Source: Octopus sinensis (Eukaryota). Taken from it: a stretch of 64,000 bases of DNA. The stretch is taken from positions 3,100,001-3,164,000 of the forward strand of contig NC_043009.1 of assembly GCF_006345805.1 (NCBI RefSeq), read 5' to 3'. The translations under genes were made by a program, and so were the position numbers. Position 1 is the first letter of the stretch. Each line of letters starts with the position of its first letter. The notes under the pieces are model-generated. The model did no database searches. It saw only the letters and a program-made list of their open reading frames with translations, and had not been told where the DNA came from. Positions 56,791 to 64,000 of this stretch are shown piece by piece.

Positions 56791-58466
56791 CACTGGTCTA
56801 CAAGGTTTCTGGTGGTGAAGAAATAGACATTATTCCTATACAAAATCGTTCTCCTGAATCTAAATATAACCTTTTTTTTTACCTATCAGGTCTAATTTTT
56901 AAGTTACTGCCCCCTATAATCACGTGGACGGCTACTATATTTGTAAGCTAAATTTGAAGGGTATTAACCGAAAAATCGACAAACGCTTGTCTATCCTAAT
57001 CTTGCCTCTGCTATTTGACTAGTTCCACAGAGTGAAGAGCTTCCTGTTCCTGTTTTCAATGTCTTGCCTGAGATAACTTTACCTTCAACCAAAGAAGATT
57101 CGTTCCTTGAAGGTGACATTAGAGGTCAAGACTTTTTCAGTTGAGACTTTAGCTCAGTTACTCTCCTAGGTAGAACTGAATGGTATAGTTCCTGACTTGA
57201 CCCCCTACAAAAATTCTGCAGAACTGGAACAGAAGTATCTTCTAGAAAATATCGTCCGTATAAAATTTTAATGGACTCAGCATGAACAGTTCTTTTCTTT
57301 CTTCACAAAAAAACAAAGAGCTGGTTTCTACTGCTGAGATATTCATGGGTTTCGTAATAAACTTCGGTTTGAGGAACACAAACCAGCGAAAAGGCATATT
57401 TCCATACACAGCTCTAAGCGTAGTTTAAAATTTGTATTGTTTTTAGAGAAGATACTGCACCAGGATCATAAATGGGTCGTCAGCGTTGACTTAAACATGG
57501 TGAATGTTTTATGGGACAGCAATCTTGTTATGCCAAATACTCATGCTTTCTTCGCATGTGGGTCAGCAAAGATGAAGTAAACCACTACGTTAAGAATGAC
57601 TAGCCGCCTCCAACAAATATGGCTCCATATAGAGCTGCTAATATATTGGAAGAACCTTTAGTTGAACGAGATAAAATCATTTTCCTCCTGTTGCACATCA
57701 AACTCAGATTGTTCAAGCAATTCGTCAAAGCTCTTGCCAAAAATGAGGAGTGCTTCAAATATATCTGCAGTGTATTTCCAGACTCGCCGATTGAAAAACT
57801 TAAAGCAGGGATTTTTGATGAACCACAGATTCGTAAGCTCTTGAAGGACACAAATTTCGTGAAAACGATGATCGAAAAGGAAGCATCAGTGTGGCTATCG
57901 TTTGCAGAAGTAGTGCAAAATTTCCTTGAAAAGCACAAAGTGGAAACTTGATATCAGCTTTTCATGATATTGGCGCGAATATGAACATCAAAGGGCATTA
58001 TCTCTTTAGTCATCTTGATCGTTTTCCTGCAAATCTCGGAGATGTTAGCGATGAACAAGCCAAACGATTCCATCAGGAGGTCACTCGATAACAAAGTTGT
58101 TAGGATTCTGTGATAATGACAGACGTTTTCTGATGTTTAAAACGAGAAGCTTCTGTTGCTCAACATTCACGGCGCACACAGAAGTGTAAATAATGTTTTG
58201 GATTTTCTGCCAAAAATGTTTGTAAATGTTCGTTTTCAATTTTGAATTTTTATTTGTACCTTATTTTGTTTTGTGTTACTCAGTCTTTATTGATTCACAT
58301 TATATGCCATTTGTATGAATAAAATACTTACTATACCAGGTCTAATCAGAAAACTAGACCTGAGAGAGAAAAACTGAAGTTATCTTTGAATTTAGCAGAC
58401 ACAATCACTTAAGAATTCGTTGAAATATTCCAGGCACCAGACAAAAAAAAAATGGTTTGACCAGTG
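56791..58466 (+). mobile_element. Chapaev3-like (CMC) DNA transposon, decayed but with both ends
   Basis: Termini CACTGGTC...GACCAGTG with imperfect TIR of about 110 bp; transposase remnants SSKRSLK, LHIKLRLFKQFVKAL, EKLKAGIFDEPQIRKL, SHLDRFPANLGDVSDEQAKRFHQ; flanks TAA/TAG. Confidence 0.75.
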
Positions 58467-59298
58467 TAGTAGAGGATGTCATTATCATTATTTCGGGAGT
58501 AGTTTGCAGCTGATGGTAAGATCTTGCGAATACGAATTACCATGGAAAGGATTTCTTCTCAAAGTATTTCAAATGCAAGCATCAGTGATATTACTCAAAT
58601 TGAACTAGGGCTATTATCCTATTGTAGGAGGAAAGCATTTTCTAACATATCTTTGTTTTATTTTGTGCACGGTATGTTTGTATTATATGCGTTCATTAAA
58701 AACTAGTTATTTGTGGCATCCATGTTTGGGAATATGTGAGACAGATTGAGAATAGCTGTAAAATATTTTGTGTCTGAGGAACACTTTTCTTTTTGTGTGT
58801 TTAATTCTCAAATACGAGTATTCATTTAGGTTGCATGCCAGCAGTCTTTCACCATTGAGATAGTTCGACAATGCATTTATAGGTCGTTCATAAATACATC
58901 AGTAATATAATAGACTTACTTTTAGAGAATCAAAGACATAATTTACCGAATTTCATAAAAGATATGAGAATGGATTAAGGACTAAAATGAACAGAAATCC
59001 ACGGAGAATATCATCTTAGAATATTTTCTTTCAAATATTTGTGACAGTAGTGACAATGTATCCGTTGTAGGAAATTAGCAATATTGGTACATACTTCCCA
59101 CATGAAGAATGGAATGACTTAGTCGCTATAAATAAAGAGAAGTATGTAAAGTAGCAGAGTACCTAGTAGACAGTCAGAGATAGTCGTGTCTTTACTGGTT
59201 TTATTGAATATACTGTATACCGAAGTGGGCGTTATAATAATCCAACATAATATTAATAACAGTTGGGACGAGAGTTATAAGAGTGGCGACGAGTATTT

Positions 59299-59480
59299 AA
59301 GAAATTCCCAAGGAATTAATAAACTCGATGAGGATTTCAACAACTCACGAGGAATTAATAAACTCGACGAGGACTTAGACAACTCACGAGGAATTAATAA
59401 ACTCGATGGGGATTTAAACGTCTCACGAAGAATTAATAAACTCGACGAGGAATTAACAACTCGCGAGAATTTAACAAACT
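59299..59480 (+). repeat. 39 bp minisatellite, about 4.5 copies, just downstream of PBS
   Basis: aactcacgaggaattaataaactcgacgaggacttagac unit (NSRGINKLDEDLD in ORF track). Confidence 0.9.
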
Positions 59481-59689
59481 CAGAAAGTTTTGTGTCAATT
59501 TTATGAAAAAAGCTCGTGTTTATTTGGCAAAAATATAATTATAAATGAGTGAAGAAAAATATATAGTGCGTATGTTTATTTGGCAAAATAAAAATGACCG
59601 TCCCGAAATACAACAATAACGGTTTCAACACACGATTTCACGTCACGAATCTTGCAGCACAAACTGATAACCGTAAAATTGTAAAAATT

Positions 59690-60335
59690 ATGGAAAAGTT
59701 GTTGGCTGGTTTGTTTGAGTTGTAAAAACAGCAACAACACAACTGAAAAATAACATCAATTACTATCACAGCAACAAATGCTTTAATTAATGAAGTCGTC
59801 AGGAAGTTTATAAAAAGTATTCTCGCCAGACATATCGCGAAATCCATAACAGAGTTCAAATACGAACCTGATGAAGGAGTTAGCTTGGCAGAATACTACA
59901 GAAGACATAAGCAAATCTTCGAGAATGAGTGTAAAGACTGGAACGACTTAATCTTGAGAAAACTGGCAGCAACAGAAAACGAAAGATACAGTAATTATGT
60001 GCTCCACAAAAAACTCCGGACATAAACTTTAATGGCACGATAGATATATTGTGCATAATTTTAAGTGAAAAAGCTCATTGTTTAAAACATGTTGGAAGTG
60101 TCTGAACATAGAGAAAAACAACGACGGGGACTACATCACGTATGCTGGAAGAGTAAACAGGGAATGCGAGGAGTTGAAAGTGGACGAAATAAAGCCAATT
60201 ATGTTCAAATACCTGATTTTTACACGTGGACTAACTGCCAAATGTGACACATAAGTTAGAACTAGAATACTCACAAACCCGGAGCAAAGCCAAGATGTAA
60301 CCCTAAAACAAGTGCCAAAAGGATGTAAAAGGATA
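59690..60335 (+). pseudogene. Decayed gypsy gag
   Basis: FKYEPDEGVSLAEYYRRHKQIFENEC...LRKLAATENERYSNYVL...DYITYAGRVNRECEEL...FKYLIFTRGL...RTRIL. Confidence 0.8.
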
Positions 60336-61659
60336 GACAAGGATGCTAAAGGATAGACAGTATTGCTTGATAGGGGAACGTCATGCTTGATAGGGGAACG
60401 TCGTAGGTTGGTGTCTTCGTAGTTGAATACGAAGGCTGGGGTTCTTCTTCATCAGACGTTGCGTCGTCTGAAGAAGAGCTGGTAAAATGTCTAAAGAGAA
60501 TAGACGAAGCAATAGAGGTTAAGAATTATGCAGAGGCGGTGAAAGAGAAAAGGGAAGACGTGTGTCTGTAGGAGTTGAATAGATTCACAGAAATGCTTAA
60601 AAGGGAAAGGGAACGACGTAAAATCATGTAAAAGACATACTCAGTAACAACAAGGAAAATTGAAATGATATAAAACGGTCAAGTCGAAAAAGCTTCCCTT
60701 GCCAGTGAAAGAATGTTTGGAATGGTAGAGATGCCGTTCCGAGTGGTAGCTCCCACAAACAAAAATGCCAAAACTTACGAGATTTTACAAAGAAGAGCAC
60801 ACACGATCGGGTAATAGAAACAAACGAAAAGAACCAAAAGAAAAGAAAAACACAAAAAAACTAAGATGACTTCACCAAGAAAAGTACAAAATAAAAACTT
60901 TGATAATTTATGGTAGTTTTAAAAAAATGCTCAATAATGCCGCCTGGGTCGTGGTACAACGGCGACCATCATTTCATCTTTTCATTAATTAATCATACAA
61001 ATTCTCATTCTATTTTTCCTTTTTTTTTTCGGCCCCACTTCTAATGTCCAGTATCGTTCCCACTTTGTTTAGTCCCTTGTGGATAATGAAAAACGTCAAA
61101 GTACGTAGAATGCGTCAAAGATAGTCGTGTCTTTACTGGTTTTACTAAGTAGACCGAAGTGGAAGTTATAATAATCCAGCATAATAAGGATTATAGCAGT
61201 GACCCCGAGAGTCATAACAGTTACAAGTAAGACTATAGACCATGTCTTGATGAGGTTTTGAATGAAAGCAGCTAAAGCCGCTGGTACCTTTTGCTAGCCA
61301 TGGTTATTTAGTTCGCCATGTGTGAAGTATGCTTAAAACCATACTATCAAAATTTCGTCCTGTATTTCATCGGTAACATTGTTAAAATGTAATTGCATTC
61401 CCACACTCCTCCCTTTACACCTGACAGCTCATCATTAAATTCACAATAGTCTTCCAGCAATTGGCCGGGTACAGTTTATATATAATATTAAGACAGGTTT
61501 GTAACCAAGAAAGTAATCAATGTAAAGGCATTGATTTCTTCCTTGGCTACAAGAATTTTTCTTGCTATGTCATGCCAATTTGGCATGTCAATATGGCCTT
61601 CCATATTTCCTTGAAATATATATATTAGTGGCTTTCTATAAAATAGAAGTCAACATATA

Positions 61660-62120
61660 GTACTGCTAATCAACTATGAGGTGCCTTCCTCGTAACTTGT
61701 CATGTTGTAGCAGTCTCTCAGCTGTCGGGTACATTCAAGCTTCGATCGCATACATTTTACTATTGATGTTTGAACAATATTTATTGTGTCTCGTAGTGTT
61801 GCATTAAGATTAAAATATTTCTTACCAATCCAGTTGTAAGATATTCTTGCGAAAGCTTGCTGTTCATTACGATGTTTTATTTGCTTCATCGTCTTGTATA
61901 ATGTAGGATAGGAGCGAATATGTACCGTCGTGATATATAGGTTTCGATCGCGACATTTCTTTCTTTCTTTGGCTCTTCAGATCACATTTCAATCTTCTTA
62001 ATTTTCCACTAAGATACAGAGTATAAACGCCATATATTTCTTTTAGTTTTCCAACAGACTTGTCTTCTGCGAATTTGTTAAACTCCGTCGCAATACAATA
62101 TGTTTCTCTGAGTTTATGGC
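61660..62120 (-). mobile_element. RTE-clade LINE RT C-terminal fragment
   Basis: ...IYHDG...LSYIIQDD...QAFARISYNW..K.FNLNATLR resembles .I.DG...YLGS.I..D...AF.RL..IW.......TKLR. Confidence 0.6.
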
Positions 62121-62384
62121 GTATATTGTACATCCTTCTAGCTTGCGTTATTTGCAACCTACGTATGTATGTATTTGTATGAGTGAGACTGTGTATATGT
62201 GCGATTGTGTATGTGTGAGATTGTGTATGTGTGCGTATTATAGAGCGTGCTTTGATGTTGTTCATCTTTCCGTGTAAATCTTGTAAATGTATAGATTAAT
62301 GAAGATTGCGGTATGTGTGTGGGAGTGTTTCTAAGAACATCTATAAGTAATAAGATTTCTACTTACCCACAAATATTTATCTAC

Positions 62385-62440
62385 ACACACACACAAGCAC
62401 ACACACACACACATACACACACACACACACACACCACACA

Positions 62441-62538
<98 letters not shown>

Positions 62539-62540
62539 GA
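62385..62540. repeat. (AC)n/(AT)n microsatellite
   Basis: Direct reading. Confidence 0.95.
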
Positions 62541-62857
62541 AGATTACATTGACACTTTGCCACTTATATGGTTTATGGCCGAAACTTCTCTCGCTCATAC
62601 AATACAACATATTCAATAATCTATCCATAAGAATATATATATAAGATGGGAGGGCAATATATTTATTTTAGAAAGTTACAAGTAAATAAATTTTACAAGT
62701 CATATCTCTGTCTCTAAAAGTTGAATTTAATTCTTCACTGCTAATGTTTTGACTTTTCACCACGAAAGTTTCTTATACGTGTATACCAAATATTACCAAC
62801 TGGAATTAACCTGATATTCTATTCTGTTACCAATTAATTTCACTTAGTAGGGTGACT

Positions 62858-63231
62858 TGGACTATGCCGTCGGGAACTTCGGTTCCTGGTAGGGTCACCC
62901 AAGATGGATTGGTCTGGCACCGAGTGTTATTAGGGCCACAACCCGGCAGACGGGGTTCTGGTGAAAATGCTCGGAGTGTTTGTTTTGGCAACCGGCGGCT
63001 CCTCGGTCGTTCTGTCCCTGCGTCTGCGGACAATCTGCGGCAAACAGGTTGTTTCTAGATGCGGGATTGCTGGGGACCGCTTGTGAAATCCATATATTCC
63101 CACGAAACGTCTTCCCTGAATTCTCAATGGCGAATTCAATGGCGCAGCCATGGTTCGAGATGCCACGAGGGTGGTACAAGAAGCCGACTCAACCCGCCCA
63201 GGGTGAATGTCGCCACAAGTACAAGTAAGTA
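62858..63231 (+). mobile_element. Short bipartite RTE-derived non-autonomous element with 12 bp TSD
   Basis: GC-rich; 5' ctatgccgtcggg...cctggtagggtcacccaag resembles RTE 5' UTRs; 3' (TAAG)n-type tail; flanks agtagggtgact 62846-57 and agtagggcgact 63232-43. Confidence 0.7.
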
Positions 63232-64000
63232 AGTAGGGCGACTATAATATATTATTGGCTGGCGACACGTCTGCCCTATACTTTCATGTTGAAGTTTAAT
63301 GTTTACCTCTAAATTATTTGATACCACAATGTCAAGTACCGTAACTGTATACGTATTTAAGCTGAGCATATTTTCCGGCGTCCTCATACTTCTAACATGG
63401 TTTCTGGTCTTTCATACAAAATTGTTTCAAGTTGCCGTAAGTATAGAATTATGTCAAATTAGTAACTTTACATTTTTGATCTTAATCAGCTTTTCCACCA
63501 GGTAATATTGAAAATTATGATGAATGGGTCTACACTGTTCTTGCATCATTTCATGACGCACTTTCATCTTCGTATATGTTTATGATGTATTAAGAAACAA
63601 AAAAACCCCTCAAACATCAATAACACAGTACTTTTATTTATTGCATTTAGGAATTGTGTTACTACAAGACGTGCATCTAGATTTTTCGAATTGATTTGAT
63701 ATCAGTGTATGTATCGGATTCCCTAGGTTTCTTTCAGAAGTAGGAAGTGACTAAATAAATAGATATATTCATGTAATATGATACTTGCGATTGATTTGGA
63801 TACCAAATCATTGTGTGCGATAATTAGGATTTATTTTTTAATGACACGTTGTATGAGAGGAATTATAATTGTATAGATCGATCTCAGTTAGAATGCTAGA
63901 TTCTAAAATCACAATCCTTTAAAATATCATAGACCAATTCAGCCTTTCATTCGTAATTTGGATTCAATACATTTAACACTCGATTTCTAAGCAAATCTTA

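Larger units (their letters stand above)
59173..61219 (+). mobile_element. Ty3/gypsy LTR retrotransposon relic, gag-only
   Basis: Direct repeats 59173-59282 and 61114-61219 (second ends ...ataaCA); PBS-like TGGCGACGAG at 59284-93; gag remnant; no RT or integrase motifs seen. Confidence 0.75.

Noticed and set aside
59299-59480. CRISPR-like array or repeat protein
   Set aside because: Contiguous 39 bp tandem units without unique spacers, in an LTR-element leader of a eukaryote
61930-61985. Minus-strand CTGAAGA...CGAAA hammerhead
   Set aside because: No stem II pairing beyond one base and no UH triplet before stem I; lies inside a LINE coding relic
62850-62910. HDV-like ribozyme at the RTE 5' end
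   Set aside because: A 7 bp P1-like helix exists, but P3 and P1.1 (needs GG after P1) could not be formed

Overview
AT-rich eukaryotic DNA, most likely intronic or intergenic, from a cephalopod, probably Octopus (inferred from the SINE families and the extreme (AT)n/(AC)n/(AAT)n/(ATC)n density). I found no convincing host protein-coding gene, tRNA or rRNA. Nearly all ORF-track entries are read-throughs of microsatellites or decayed transposon fragments. The window is a mosaic of mobile elements. These include modular tRNA-headed SINEs; LINE relics (I/Jockey-group, CR1-like, RTE, and four R4/Dong-like pieces, three set in (TAA)n-type repeats); two Helitron fragments; mariner, pogo and Chapaev3-like DNA transposons; a gag-only Ty3/gypsy relic; and several small fold-back elements. 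The most notable result is two hand-folded type I hammerhead ribozyme candidates on the + strand. The one at 52682-52774 has a fully canonical core and a palindromic stem III, downstream of a possible Penelope-like 3' end. The one at 12519-12595 has a single A.C defect. Degenerate hammerhead-like motifs occur at 37353 and 55009-55183. All alignments and folds were done by eye. Family names are recalled motif matches, not database hits.
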